This document shows positions 1 through 14,729 of a stretch of 64,000 bases of DNA, in pieces (position 1 is the first letter of the stretch; every line of letters begins with the position of its first letter). The notes under the pieces are model-generated. The model was not told the DNA's origin, did no database searches, and saw only the letters and a list, made by a program, of their open reading frames with translations. The position numbers were made by a program, and so were the translations under genes. The stretch lies in assembly GCA_964106645.2 (NCBI GenBank), contig OZ067041.1, one strand, 5' to 3'. This stretch comes from Podarcis pityusensis. Its lineage: Eukaryota.

Positions 1-3000
1 TTCATTGGCCAGCTCAGTTCAGCTGCTCAGTAGCACCGGCTCAATCACCTGCGGGAATAGAGAACCTACAGTGCTGCCCTGAAACGCTTTCCCTTGAAAC
101 TCTACCTATCAATAACTTCTCAAGCACAGCTTGTGTAGCAGAAGTTAGTCTAAGCCATAGCCATCTTCTCTGTTGCCCACACATCTAAAGTTTAATGAGT
201 GCTGTGTGTCTGTAAGCTATAAACAAGGCAGATAAAACATTATGTCACAATTCCTCTCCTGTCAACACCGAGTGCTTGAGTCCAGCGATCTCTTGGCAGC
301 TATGGACACAAAAGCTGTGTTTGGCTCTATGGGACACTGTTTCTTATATATATGAATTATATGCAGTGGTGGGCAGTTAAATTTCATGAAGGTCTGCAAA
401 GTAATGACAGCAGGCACTAAGGGCGATGCAAACAGTTATGCTGGCAGAGGGAGCTGGGTTATGTGGCCCAACCAACCAAGGGGAGAGGGTGGAACTTTTC
501 ATCAATTAATCTGGGGTGGCCTAAATGTACTACAGTGAAATCCAAGCACTGTTATCACTTGTCCTTTCTCCACTACTTGGCCTCTTTAGAGCATACATTC
601 TGCTTTTAAAGAGCTCACATTTGCTTAAGTTAAAGATGCTCACTTCTGTCAACATTATCAGCAGACTCATGATTGCAGACTAGTGATTATTATTACCACT
701 TTCTCACAATAACCATGATTGCATGGATGAGTCCATAATTATGCAAGGGGGGGGGGAATCCCACCATTTCATGTGAAGCCATTCAGATGCAAGCTGAAGC
801 ATCTGTAGGAAAGGGGTATGGTTGGAGACCATTCTGTCTTTATCAAGAATGAACCATCAGCTCTCTTGTAGTGCAGATGGTGTGAGGAAAAGCAAATGAC
901 TGGCTTCCAAGCTAGCAGGGAGGAAAGTCTTTCTGGGGTACAAACAGCTGGATGGTACTATTTACCCTGGAGGAGAGTCAAACGAGGTAGCCTGCTCTAC
1001 CATTTTTTAGAATCCTTTGTATGTCTAGGGTCTGCAGGCAAAGTCAAAGAGACAAGATGGTTTGGAAGTCTGTTTATATCACAGGTACACTCAGAATTTC
1101 CCATTCAATATTATTCACATGGAGGATGATCTGTGTTAGAATAATAAGATAGCAACATAGTTCTTCATCATCTTTAGCATCCTCTAATGAGCTGGTGTCT
1201 GCCTTCAAAAACAATCATCTCAGGACACCAAGGGAGACAAAACAAGAGAACATGTATAAATCAGATTTTAGTCAGCTACCCAATGAGATGTGAAATAGGT
1301 TCCAGGACAGATCATACCCTACAACAAACTTGTTTGCCATGATAATGTATAGACATTCCCTCTGTTATAGAAGTCTCCTTATCACACCTTAAAATTCCTA
1401 CCTAGTAAAAATGTTTGTTGTTGTTGCTGCTGCTGCTGCATATTTAATGGAGGTTAAATTTTTTGGAGCAATCTTACTTAATGTTTTCTCTCATTGCCTC
1501 TGAAACAGAGACATTTCATCTTTTCTTTCAGAGCTCCAGATTACAAAGTTACACCAGTTCATTAGAAGAAGCTAAAGATAATGAAGAACTATGTTGCTTT
1601 CTTGTTATTCTAACACAGGTCATCATCCATGATGAATAATTCTGGCTAGGAAATTCTTAGTTTACCTGTTTCACATGCTCCTCATTCTATTTCTGTGATT
1701 TTTCAGAGCTTTGATTGTTACATCTGCTTTTACATTTCTGGTCAACAAGGATTTCTAGTGCCAGCGCTATTGACTTCTTTCTTTGGTCTTATTTCCTCTC
1801 TATTTGGGCTCTGTCTTTCTTTTCTCTTTGAAATATGGATCTGTTGGGGCACCTGGAGACTGCTAGCCTGATACTCCCCAAGAGCATACTTTAATTTGTC
1901 TACCAGAGGAAATTATCTGTTTTTTCATGTAGCATTTCTCACTATGGAAATATCAATACCTATATCACCAGGTGGTAAATGTTAGTGGAAGTGTAATATC
2001 TTCAGGGCCTGCCCTACCATTAGACAGGAGTGAAGGAGCTGCATTTGGTGACATATCCTAAGAGGTGTTGGAGGACAGGGCTGTGTGTCACATGCCCTGC
2101 CCTACACTCCATTAAGCCAGTTTATTGCCATGGAGGATGCTGTCCTGTCACCAGTCCTAGCAATCAGAGTTTACAACTATCAGGAATAGCAATCCTGAAA
2201 GGGTTTGCCGGTTCAGATCAGTAGTAGTAGGCAAAGGGAAGCAATTAAATCAAGAACATACTGGGCTTAAATATGAGAGCCGTGGGGGGGGGGGAGGGGA
2301 GAATTACATAGAATACTTACATATACTGTATATCAACATTTTCAAGATGCAAAATTTAAAACAGGTCAGTAAACAATAAATATACTGAACGTGTGCTCGC
2401 ATTTCTAAGTGCCCAGCCTCTGGATGAACCGTTAATGGCGGGCCATTAATGGCAATCACAACATGTATTGCATTCCTTGCTCATCTATCACTTGAGATAG
2501 CATAGAATCTTTGATGGCACTGATATCCATCATGTTTCACTTTATAATAGGGGTAGGCCTTTTCCATAGTTATGGAATCTATGCAAAAGGTAGTAACATT
2601 TTACAACACTACACAAGTCTTTAAAGAGTACAGTGATGATTCTGTGAAATGTATCATTCCACTCATATAATTTAAAGGTGTCTGATATCTTGTGTCGTTG
2701 TAACTCTGAACACAGGTTGATTTGTGTAGTGCTAGAACAAATGAGCTAAACTTGGCACAAGACACTCAGAAACGGTGTTGGATGAAGGCAGCCCTGTATT
2801 GGGAAGCTTTTAGGGTTTGCTGTTTCATGTGTTATTTTATACCATGTTGGAAGCTGCCCAGAGTGGCTGGTGCAACCCAGTCATATGGGCAGGGTACAAG
2901 CAATAAGTTGTTGTTGTTGTTTTACTAGACTCCCAATTCTCATCAGTGCCAGCCAGCATTGTCCATGGTCAGGGATGATGGGAGTTGAAGCTCAGCAACA

Positions 3001-6000
3001 TCTGGAGAGTCACAAGTTTCCCATCCCAGAATATTTCTGTGCCAAATGTTTTAAGTTCTCCAGCTGTAACATCAAGCAGAGTGCATAGTGCCAAATACCA
3101 GTGGCACCTCTCTGTATGTTTCACTTCTGTCCAATGTGCTAAGGAGCTATGAGGTTGCAAAGAATGGTTGCCTACTACCACTCTGAGCTCGAATGAGATC
3201 CATTCCCTCTTTGCTGAGTAGTGTATATTTATGATGGAAAGAGTTGCAGGTGGTTTTTCTTCTAATCTCTTACCCACACTGCCGAGCTCCCAGTATTTAT
3301 TCATAGCATGCATCCAACATCCAGCTGCTATGCAGAAGTTCATCAGCACAGCATTGGAAGGGACAGGCAAGATAAAGATTTTCCTTTTCCCTCCTGCTGT
3401 CCAGTTTGTTTTCCCAGACAATCTTGTTTAAATGTTGGATCCCCTCCCTTCCTATAAGTAAGGATACAACATCAAACAAATACAGCAATGAAAAATTTTA
3501 AGCAAGCAGTGAGAAATTTGAAAAAGCACATTGATAACAAATTTTATTGCTCTTCCAAAATGGACTTGAAGGCTGTTTTTTATTTGTTTGGTGGTGGTGT
3601 GTGGAGGGTTATATTCAAATGTGATTAGGACCTGGATGATAACAAAAGTTAAATGCACACAGAAAGCAATAGCATAACAAATTTTAGAAAACAAGAGTTG
3701 AATACACTGCTACCTCTGTAGCACAGTTCAAAACATTCCTGGATAGAGGTGATTTATATTTCCAGTTCATTTCAGCTTCATTCTGGGTTTGGGGGATAGT
3801 CAAGGTGGTATAGGCATTGGTAGCCATGTAGACTAAGTTTCATATGGAGATTAACAGGCAAAATGTGACCTCCTGTGGCTTTGACACCATTAATTGTGAG
3901 ACCCTGTTGAGACAGCATTGGAATTGCTTTGAGTTTCCAGATTTGGATGTGAATGTGAAACAAGATCAATCTTGTACAAACTTGAAACACATAGTTCCTC
4001 TTAGGGGAATAACATCAGAGCTAGTGCAATATATGACTTTGAGCTAAGAGTTTTGGCTATGCCCTTGGCAAGTCATCTCAGTTACGAATTCTCACCATAC
4101 ACTTAAAGCACATATCTTTTCTCAAAGAATCTTATGAACTGTAGTTTTTTCCTCACAAAGCTACAGTTCCCAGCACCCTAAGCAAACTACAGTTCCCATG
4201 TTTCCATGGAGGAAGCCATTCATTTTATATGTGCTTTCAAAGTATGTTGTGGATATGATGTTAGCTGTTTTAGGGAAGCAGCTTTAGCCTCTACCTCCAT
4301 CTGCAGTATGGGGAATAAGACTGGTCTACCACAATCTTTATGACCACTGTAATGACTGACTGACAAAAAGGAAATAAAAGATGCAGAAGAGAAATCTGAT
4401 TTATGTTTGAACTTAGGTTTTTTTAACTTAGTGGCCAAGCACATGTTTTGTATGCAGAAAGTCCCAGGTTCAGTCTCTGGCATCTCTAGTCAAATAAATG
4501 AGGGGCAGCAGAAAATGGGAAAGACCTTTCTCTGCCCAAGACCCAGAAGAGCCATTGGCCAGCCACAATAAAACAATACAGGACTAGACAGAAAAATAGC
4601 CTGACCTGAGAGCAGCTTCCTTTGTTTAATCAGTAACAGCTTTTGTTTATGGTTTGTGCGATTGTCAAGGCTCTTTTGTACTTGAGTTCATCTGTAACTG
4701 AAGTCTGCTTCTTTCAGGAGTACATTAGCCTAATAGATTAGACGGCAACATGGAAGCATCTAACCTTATCTAAGCCCCTCCTTCTCCACTACCCAGTTAC
4801 AACATTAGTGCATAAACATCTCCTCCCTGTTGTCATTCCCCCTGCCTGTTCTCGCCTCCCCAAACACAAGGCCTTTGAGCTCTGCCCCTTCCATTTAAAC
4901 TGTGTTTCCCTACTTAATGACATACACTAATGTGTGTTAACAGATGTCTGAGGGGAAATTAGCTGCGGTGTCCAGATCAATTAGAGTTGAGTTGCTGTGC
5001 AGAAACAATTGCTCAATAGGCTATGGAGGCTTCGGAAACGGGTGGGTGGGAGGAGGACTGGTGGCATTTTTTTCCCTTTACAAAGGTGAAATTGTGCTGG
5101 CCCAGCTTGAGCCTGCCTGCTCCTGTGAACTCCAGCTCTAAACAACCCTCCTCTTTATTTAATGGATTCTGATCTCTCTACTAGATGGAGACAGCTCCGA
5201 CTGCTGCAGGCAGCTAGCAGCAGCAGCAGCACAATGGTGAATGCAAGGTAGCTATGCTCTGTCGCAAATGAACTTTGTAGGGCCAGATTGCACCTTAACA
5301 TGGGAAACCCATGCAGACACTTTTCTTTTTTTTTTACTTTTAAGGCAGCCATGATGGGTTCCAAATCTGATCTGATGTTGGGGAAAGCAGTCTGTAACTC
5401 TCTTCCATATAATCTTTTCCCATTCGCAAGTATCCCTCTCTCCTCAAGTTGCAGTTTGGACCCCCTGGAAGGAAATGCAAGAATTGCTCCAGGAAGATTT
5501 CTGTGATGGCCCTGTATAGGTTTTGCTACAAGTGTGAAGGAGAGAGTTTCAATGTTCTTTTGGGTTTTGGTTCTCTTTTCTTTTTTCCTCCACACAGTGG
5601 TATTAGAGGCTGCAACCAGGGATGGGGAACCTGTGAGCCTCCAGATGTTACTGGACCACAGTTCCCAACATCCTTAGCTACTGGCTGGAGCTTATGAAAG
5701 TTGTAGTGCAACAACATCCGGTCACTGGTTCTTCATTCCTGCGATCCACTGTAGTGCCCTCCCAATATTATGCAAGTTGGTGCCTTCCACTTATCATGCT
5801 GGAGTAAAATTTCCATCACCCCTAAACAGAATGGCCAGGCCAGGGGTGATGGCAGTTGGAGCATGACAACATCTAGAGGTCACCATATTGATTACCCCTG
5901 CTAATACACTTACCCAGGAGAAAATGCCATTGAACTCAATAGAGATTGCTTCATACAGAGAGAGAGAAAACAGGGCCAAATAGTATAGGTACATTTCAAA

Positions 6001-7568
6001 AAGGTTTAATTCCTTTTTACAGGGACTGTTCTGAAAACAACCATACAAACATTTTATATATTATGCAATTAATCTTCCAGACATTTTTAGGGTAATTGCT
6101 TCATCTAAATTAAATGAGGATGAGGTAATTATGCTAAAAAAAAAAATTCTGTTTGAGAATTTGTGTTGTTTTTAAATCAATTTTTAAAAGCGGAAGATTA
6201 ATTGCTTAATGTATAAAATGTCCGTACGGTGGTTTTTAGAATAGTCCCTGAAGAAGAAGGAAAGAATTTTCTTTCCAGAATGTGCAGGTATGTTCTCTCT
6301 TGATTTTATAATGGTCAGTGTGCCTTTTCTGTGTGGTTCCTTCCTTCCCAATAGACATGCACAGTATTGCAGTACACCTCTCATATGATGACACAGGAAC
6401 ACTGCCTGTACTGAAATACAGATTGCACCAGTATTCTGCTGGAGAAATACCAGCAAATACAGCTGGTGCAGACAAACAGTTATGTGCGCAGCTTCTTTTC
6501 AAGTATCTGTGGGGAGTGAAATGCCCTTCTAATATTTCTAGTCACCCATTTGGTAAACTAGCACATTTAAATGCTTTTTGAACCAAAATTCCACCAGGTT
6601 CTTTATAGTTTTATTGATTTTCTGCACTGAATTATTGTTGTTGTTGTTTTAGTTCCAGGCACCCAGTTCAGCAAACCAAGTCCAAAACCAAGTTTAAGTA
6701 CACAGATGGTTTTGCTGATGTTAACAGCCTGATACTTCTACCTGAAGCATCTGTTGCCTTCCACTGCTGGTCTTTTCAATTTTTCTCTCTGCTGATACAC
6801 TAGTTGCCAGTATATGGTCCAGAGTCCATATATGACCTCTGGGGCAATTATGTGAAACTCATAGGCACTTCTGAGAAGACTGAGCAGGTCAACTGATGCT
6901 TATTTGTGCTAAGTATCTAGCCTTCATATTTGTGAAGGGAAGTCATTTAACATTCTGTGATGTTCCAGAATAAAATTATCAAATAGTATGTGCAACATGT
7001 CCACCATGATTATGCACATGCATGTGAAAATTATGTTACTTAGCAGTAACTAAATATAAAAATGCCATTTCTGTCATGTTGCCAGTACTAATCAGCTGCC
7101 CGTCACTTTTTCTAAGTTTAAGATTTCACAAGGATTTCCTGTGTAAGTTTCTTAGTCTTCCAGATTTATATTCCTGAGGAACTAATAACAGTTCATTTTG
7201 CAAAGGAGATAGTGGAGAATGTACAGATGAAATGATTCAGCCAAAGTCAATTAAGACAGCTGTGTCAAAATTCCAGTCATCCGGCAATGTCTATTCTGTT
7301 TGCAATTTCAAGGCCATTTCCCACATTCCTTTTTAAAGAGATTTGGCTATGTAATATTGGAAAAGCAGTGTGAATATTTATTTTTGAAAGTAAGTATAGG
7401 GGGTTTCCAGAATTAGTTCTGGAGTTTGCACACTTTCTTTACTTGAATGGACATTACAGATCCTAAATCATATTTTCATGTATGTGGACTCTCAAGAGTA
7501 CACCAATGTGTCTTAAATGTAATGGAAAGTAGTCTTCTGGCATCTCTCTCTTTTTCTTTCTCGTTTGT

Positions 7569-7630
<62 letters not shown>
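7569..7630. repeat. Compound (CT)n(CA)n(GA)n microsatellite
   Basis: Seen directly. Confidence 0.95.
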
Positions 7631-10031
7631 TGCATTATCACACATTTTTCAAGATGCAGCCTATTTTAAATTTCAATGTCAGTGTTCCTAATCTCTCCAG
7701 GCACTTCAGTATAAACTTCAGTATAATTTCAAGTAGGTTGTGATTAACATACCACGTCTCTTGGCCCTCTCTGCCCCATCCCCCTTGTCATCACCCCAAC
7801 TCTACATTATGTTACACACCCATTTGTGCACCCATCGGAATGTGGAGAGATGGGGTATGAACATGCAAGCTTAGCACTAGACTCTTGTCAGATCAGCTTC
7901 CGAGCCACATTTATCAAAATTACACCACAGTCCTTTGCAGAGGCAGATATTAATAGTGTTCATTTGAAACCAAGAGTGTTACTAATGCTTTTTCCTGTGT
8001 GCTAAATCAGAGGAAACAAGAATTATCTAAACAAATGCACCAAGAGAAAGACTGTTGAGATTAGTCAACAAGACAGGTAAAATCTGAGGATGGTGATTAC
8101 TTCACCAGGCAAAAAATATAAAGGAAAGATATATTAGACTTAGTTTCAAGAGAGGCAAACTCTCTCTCTCTCTCTATATATATATATAGCAGCGTAATTT
8201 CTATAGGGCACCCATGATGGCTTTTCTCATCACTGTAGTAATTACATCAACATAATGGAAAGTAAAATGTTGAAAGGAGATGCACCTTAAATTGTGTATT
8301 GAAGATTTGATGTTTTGGGTGCATTTAATTCAGCAGGACACCTAAGGTTAGTCAGTTAACTGCAATGTGATCTTGCACTTTCTTCATAACAACTCCACCT
8401 CAAACTATCTCTAGCACCTCTTCCAACAGTGGTATCAACCATCACCCTTGGTCAGCTGCTTACTTGTCAGAAACGAAAGCTTCTTCGCTTACTACCAATG
8501 TTATCTATAGTGGTGAATTTCCTGCATTGACATGGTGTTGCAATTGATGACCTCTGAGGTCTTTCCAAGTTTAGGATTCTGTGATCTAGCAATGGTACTT
8601 TCCTTGCTTCCTACAGCAAATATCCCCACATCTATTCCCAGTCTTGCAATCAATATGACTGTGAAGATTTGCCATATGGAGTAAAAAGTAGCCTAAAATA
8701 TTAATATCATCATTCACCAAACTTAGACTCCTCTCTCTTGTACTCTCTCGTGTACTCTCTTGTATAAGGTGATATAGAATCTTTCTTCCATAACTGCAGT
8801 CCTATTGTAGAAGACATAGCCAATCAGCAACTTCCAGAATAATGCAATGCCCCTGTGAGTCTCTCAGCTTTCTTTCATAGACTTGGTTTGCATGACACAT
8901 GAAGCCATATTTTGGCTTACCAAGACACTGCAAGCAGGCAGACTCTTGGAAATGAACTTGCAGTCACTTTGTTCCTCCCAGGTCCTTTTTAAACTCACAT
9001 ATGCTGCATGCATGTTAGGGATAAGGAACAGTTGTTATGCAGATGAAGGTATACACTGCATCCTTATTGATGAGGGAGGAAGGGCAGATTCAAAGATTAA
9101 CTCCAGGTCAGTACGGGATACAGGTGCACATGAGCAATCCAAGTGATGGGGAAATTGATCTGTTGGACCAATTGCAAACCATTTGATGCAAATTCACAGT
9201 TCTCAGCATACTCCACAGAATGTATGAGGATGCACTTTCCCATCCATCTCTCATTCTGAATGTAAACATGTATGTATCCGAATATAGTGTTTGTTCCACC
9301 GGATGTTTCCCTCCCAAACAACCCCAGACACGGTACTAGTCTTGTATAATGTATTTTGTATGTGAGCATCTCTGAATTAGAGTCAAACCCTGATCACTTT
9401 TGGTCTGGCCATAGTTCCCCATGGTCAGACCATATAGCTCATGTTCTTTCATTATTATTCTCTGTCCTTTCAAGGTGTTTTCTGCCTCTCCACCACACCA
9501 ATACATTCACTCCTAAATCCCTTATTCAAAACCCCAAAAAAGGTTTTTTAAAAAGAAATAAGGAGAAATTGTATGTGCATGTGTGAATTTAAATATATTC
9601 GATAATTTAACCCAATCACAAAATTTGGATTTTCTCATTGCAGAGTTTGTAGCATTAATACAGAAATCTGATTATGATCTGTAGTGAGGGGTTAGATTTG
9701 TGCCTGGGAAGCAGGGATTCAGAAAAGGAGCAGGGATTATTGTAGATAGCATCCTCCACATGAGCTCAAAGTTTAATGATGTGGCAAACTGGGCTAATAC
9801 GAACACTTTGTGTATAAAAAGGATAGAAAGCAGAATTTATAATGCTTCAGCACACAGCACTGGTGAGCCCACTGTTACAAAACTGTATTCAACCCTAGCA
9901 GTCACAAACTTTAAAGTGGGACAGGAGCATGTATGAAAGAATTCATAGAGGGATCAGAACATGCCCTGAGGTGGAGAGCAAGCCTTGTGATGTAAGATTC
10001 AAAGCTGGAAAGTCCCTTTATCTCTATACAT

Positions 10032-10139
10032 CAGTGTTTTCAGACTTGGGTCCCCAGCTGTTGTTGGACTACATATCCTGTCACCCCTGACCCTGCTGTA
10101 GTCCAACAACATCTGGGGACCCAAGTCTGAGAAACACTG
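10032..10139. mobile_element. Palindromic hAT MITE (108 bp)
   Basis: Long inverted arms CAGTGTTTTCAGACTTGGGTCCCCAG.../...CTGGGGACCCAAGTCTGAGAAACACTG; 8-bp TSD CTATACAT. Confidence 0.88.
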
Positions 10140-10960
10140 CTATACATATACACATAGGCAACATGCCCAATCTTAGGAAGTTGCAGACATAAAAATAACA
10201 AGATCCATTGGAAAATAATATTCTAGCTCACAGTTCATGGAATTTGCCATCTAGCACAATCCTCAAAATGTACTAAGGTACTAGTTTATGAAGCAAACTA
10301 TAATGTGCCACCAGACAATCTCCAAAATGGGGGTTAGGATTCATCACAATACATGTGCTGTATATCTCTGGTGTATTTGAGCATGTGAACTACAGTGTCC
10401 AAGAAAAAAATGTACCAGACTGCACCAGGAAAACTGCCCTATTGTAATTTAAAGTTAATGCAAAACCAGTTACTGCATCCAACTCCTTTAGCAATGTCTA
10501 GTCAGATCTGGAGGGTAGCTGAGGAAAGCTAATTGGAGAGCAGGGGTCTCTCTTGAGTGGAGAGCTGCCTGGAGATAAAGATGGGCAGCCTGCCAACAAG
10601 AAAGCCCCCAAAACCTGGCTTCTTATTGATTGTCTCAGGAGAGAAATTTATTTATTCATTAGTCCACTGTGAATGTCCAAGGCTTGAGTACTCTTCATCT
10701 TTTGCTGATCCCAACCCCCATCTGCCAAACAATATGAAATGACTTGCATCTTCATGTCAGTCCCAATTGTCAGTTAAGCACCAGGAACAGCAGTGATTGA
10801 AATGGTATCTGTCACATCTAGTATTCTGAGAGTGACTGCAAATTATAATTTTGTATGCAACATAGTGAGGCAGAATTAACCACATCCCTGAAACTGATTG
10901 TAAATCAAGGGTGCTGCCATGACCCATGACCAAGACAGACTCGGACAGCTGCTTTGAGAA

Positions 10961-10963
<3 letters not shown>

Positions 10964-11002
<39 letters not shown>
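10964..11002. repeat. (GT)n microsatellite
   Basis: Seen directly. Confidence 0.95.
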
Positions 11003-11006
<4 letters not shown>

Positions 11007-11474
11007 TCATCTCTTAGCTATTCTGTAAAACTTGTCACTGGAGAACAAATATCTGCAGAGTCTGAAGAGAGAGCAGAATCACAACCTCACCTCATACTTC
11101 CAGAATTGCTTCTCTTGCAGCACTCTCAGATGTGCCAGTGAATGTCTTCAAAATACCCCTCTGGTACCATGCTATTCCTTTTTGCGCTATTTCCAAACTC
11201 AGTATTGCTGATGCAGTATCAATTTCCCCCGCTGTTTTCTGGCCTAACTGCATTCAGCTCCCCTGTGATCTGTCCATGGTCCTGAGCTGCTGTTTGAGAT
11301 TCCAACTTTTGAACCTCTCTTTCAGTTCTGTTTCTTCCCAGTGGATACATTAGTCCATCTTCTTCCTTGAATGAAGGTGTGCCTTACAATGCTACCCCTA
11401 CGTCTCCACAAGTCTTGGCCTTGATTAGACAAATACTAGGAATGGGATAGTTGGGGGTTTACTTATCATACAAC

Positions 11475-11881
11475 CAGGGTTCAAAATTAGCAGGGCGCCA
11501 GGTGCATTTTGCACCTAAAGATTCTCCATTTGCAAACACCTCAAAAAGGCTGGGTGCCATTTTTTGTACCTGGCTGATACTCAAGGATTATTGAAATGTA
11601 TGTGCTTTGAAACTTCAAAGTATATGTTAAGGATAGACAAAATGTTAAGGAGTTTACAATAAAATACTTTATATTGACAATTTCTTTTAAAAGTGTGATA
11701 TTAACAATGTAGCACTTACGTTAATTGTGTATTAGTTCATGCTTATCAAAATTATAAGTAAAAAGTGTCTGTCTCCCCCCCCCCCGCACACAATGGCGAC
11801 TAGACATTCTGTTTTGGCACCCACAACCCAGGTCCCAGGAGCCATTTGGCTCCTAGCTTTCTATCCCAGTTTCTAACACTG
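11475..11881. mobile_element. Non-autonomous hAT element (407 bp)
   Basis: 8-bp TSD CATACAAC at 11467-11474 and 11882-11889; imperfect TIRs CAGGGTTCAAAA / TTTCTAACACTG. Confidence 0.85.
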
Positions 11882-12827
11882 CATACAACCAAAACTATAC
11901 ATGACACTCTCCATGCATTTGCCCTATGCATTTTTTCAGTACATGGGAAAAGCTGTGTTCAGGCATTCACCCAAAGAGATGAAGGGTTAAACTGATAGAA
12001 GATGCTTAGAAAATGTCCCTGATAAGCTAGTGTTACCACTTACAGGGCATTTTCTAAATACATGGAGCTGAAAACACTATTAAAAATCTTCAGGATGTTA
12101 ACACTAATCACGAGTATCTAAAAATTAGCTGGTGTGCCCAAAGACATTGGGGTGAGGCTTGTGTGTGGACCTTTTTCTCCACCCCCAGATTAAACCCTCC
12201 ATGTGTTCAAGTGAACACATGAGCATGGCACAAGAATGAGTGCTGTTGTGCTTATCTCCTGCTTGTGTATTTCTCACTGGCACATGACTGACCACCGTGA
12301 GAAAGGATGATGGACTCGATGCACCTTTGATCCAGAAGGGTTTTTCTTATGTTTGTATGCTTGGCTGTAAAAAGGATGGTGTGCCTCAATGACTGTTTTA
12401 AGAGGGAAGAGGTGTGAGTTCCACAGCAGGCTATCCTGACACTAACTAGTACATAGGGAAGGCAATAGATTTGGATATAAATTTCATTCTTATTATTTAT
12501 AAAACCACCAAGCCCTTTATTTGTCTATTTTTTGAGGGAAGGGAACTCTTATGCAGAAAGGGAAACTTTCAGAAGGAGAAACTCTTCTGTCAACTCATGT
12601 TGTTTCCCATCTTCTTTTTATTCCTTCCCTCGCAAAGCAAATATTTTTTTAGTGACATCTGTCACCTTCACAATGCTTTGCAGCTTTCAGGTGAGGAGCT
12701 CCATAGGCAGGTAAAAAATCTGATCCAAATTAGCCAGTCTTCTGCATTGTCAAAGAAACCATCCCCACAATGGAAATGCAGATGCTTTCCTCTATAGTTT
12801 AGCGATAGACAATGTGGAATACAGATA

Positions 12828-13172
12828 AAAAGGTAAAGGGACTCTTGACCATTAGGTCCAGTTGTGGCCGACTATGGGGTTGCGGTGCTCTCTTTATTGG
12901 CCGAGGGAGCAGGCATACAGCTTCCGGGTCATGTGGCCAGCATGACTAAGCCACTTCTGGCGAACCAGAGCAGCACACGGAAACGCCGTTTACCTTCCCA
13001 CCGGGGTGGTACCTATTTATCTACTTGCGCTTTGACGTGTTTTCAAACTGCTAGGTTGACAGGAGCAGGGACTGAGCAATGGGAGCTCACCCCATAGCAG
13101 GGATTCGAACCGCCGACCTTCTGATCGGCAAGTCCTAGGCTCTGTGGTTTAACCCACAGCGCCACCTGCGTC
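12828..13172 (-). mobile_element. Sauria SINE, full length
   Basis: AAAGGTAAAGG tail, CATGTGGCCAGCATGAC core, GGGATTCGAACC B-box complement. 13-bp TSD TGGAATACAGATA at 12815-12827 and 13173-13185. Confidence 0.92.
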
Positions 13173-14697
13173 TGGAATACAGATAGACCATCCCTATTGG
13201 GCAATCTGACTGAGGTTCATGGGAGTCTAACAACACCTGGAGGGCACCACATTGGCTACTACTGCTTTAAAACCATATATAAGCTGTTTGTAGATAGCCT
13301 TTTAGAGAGTGAGATCAGGCCCAATGCATGCGTACGCAGTTACACACTGAGCATTTTTTTGGTGTGTGTGTATGTGTATAATAGATGATATATATTTCAG
13401 GCTTTTAAAAGCTATTATGAACCCTACTGATAACATGAAGTTTTAAAGCTTAGACTCAACCTTTTGGGAATGTAGTTGTCAATCTGGATCCTGGGGAGTT
13501 GCTATTTTAGCACTGATGAAGTGCCTATCCTTTCAGCACAGTGTGCTGTTTCCAATTTATAATATCCTACTTAGGACTCAGCTAGAAATTTTCAGGGGCT
13601 ATTTTGACCAAACTTGGATGGGGAGAGAGACCAAGAAACTCCCTGCTGAGCAGTTTCTCAGGAGCAGAGAATTTAATTGGAAAGTGAATAGGGAAGGTCA
13701 TAACGGCAGCAGCTGTGGGCAAGGAGGGCAAGGGTGGTGCTAATAAATATAATGTCCTTCATCTGGGGAGAGAAAATAAATTGCAAAGATAGAGGGCAGG
13801 CTGGGGGGCATGACACCAAGCACCCTCCTGCATTAGCACTAATAACTTTACTTTGTTTTTTTCATTCGCCTGTCCTGCTAAAAAGCTTCAGGGTTGACCA
13901 AGTCATTTCTGGTACTGATGCAGGAACTGGACAGCAATTGGTCTTCCAGAAATCCTACTACCAAATGGTCCACACCAACCATATACAGCCTGTGGGATGA
14001 ATCAGTGTGCTTAAAATGCGAAACTAACACACACACATCATGCAGGGAGAAGCTCCATTTGTGAGATTTCCTAAAATACAGAAAAGTGCAGCTTCAACCA
14101 CCATGCTTCCTGTAGAAGCATCCAGAAATTTCATCCCAAAATTCTTCTTCCGTTCCTAGTACCAGGCATGGATTTTTACTTCTATGGAAACCCAGGCAAG
14201 AAATCGTAGGAGTTCTGAGCTATTCTACATTTTCCCCAAGAGCCATTTATGAACCTAAGATAGTAAAACTTGGAATTTGTTGAACTGAATGTTCAAATCT
14301 CAAAAAAGGGTTTTCTGCATGTGTTGTTCTGTTTATGTTTGCCAGTCAGGAAGGTTCTTCTTTAGGGCAAAATTGTAGGATGAAGACTGAAAGTGATCTG
14401 CTTCGTGAGACATCCATAGAGGGCTGCTTTCGGCCCTCACTCTCTTCTTTTTCCTGCCACATTGTTTGGATGTCTGCTGCTTTAAGTTGAGCAGCCAGCT
14501 GTTTGTGTTTCCCCTGATCTTTTATTATTTCTACCACACCATTCCCACGGGTGGGGGAAGCTGGAACTGCAAAAGTGTGAGGTTCTTTTGCATACAATGT
14601 GTGAAATTCAGAGAAAGGTTAAGTGCACCGAAGCCCCATTGAAATCAGTAACAGTTAACTGCTTCATTGTGTATTTGATTTTGATGGAACTTGAACT

Positions 14698-14728
<31 letters not shown>

Positions 14729-14729
14729 G
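14698..14729. repeat. (TTTA)n microsatellite
   Basis: Seen directly. Confidence 0.9.
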
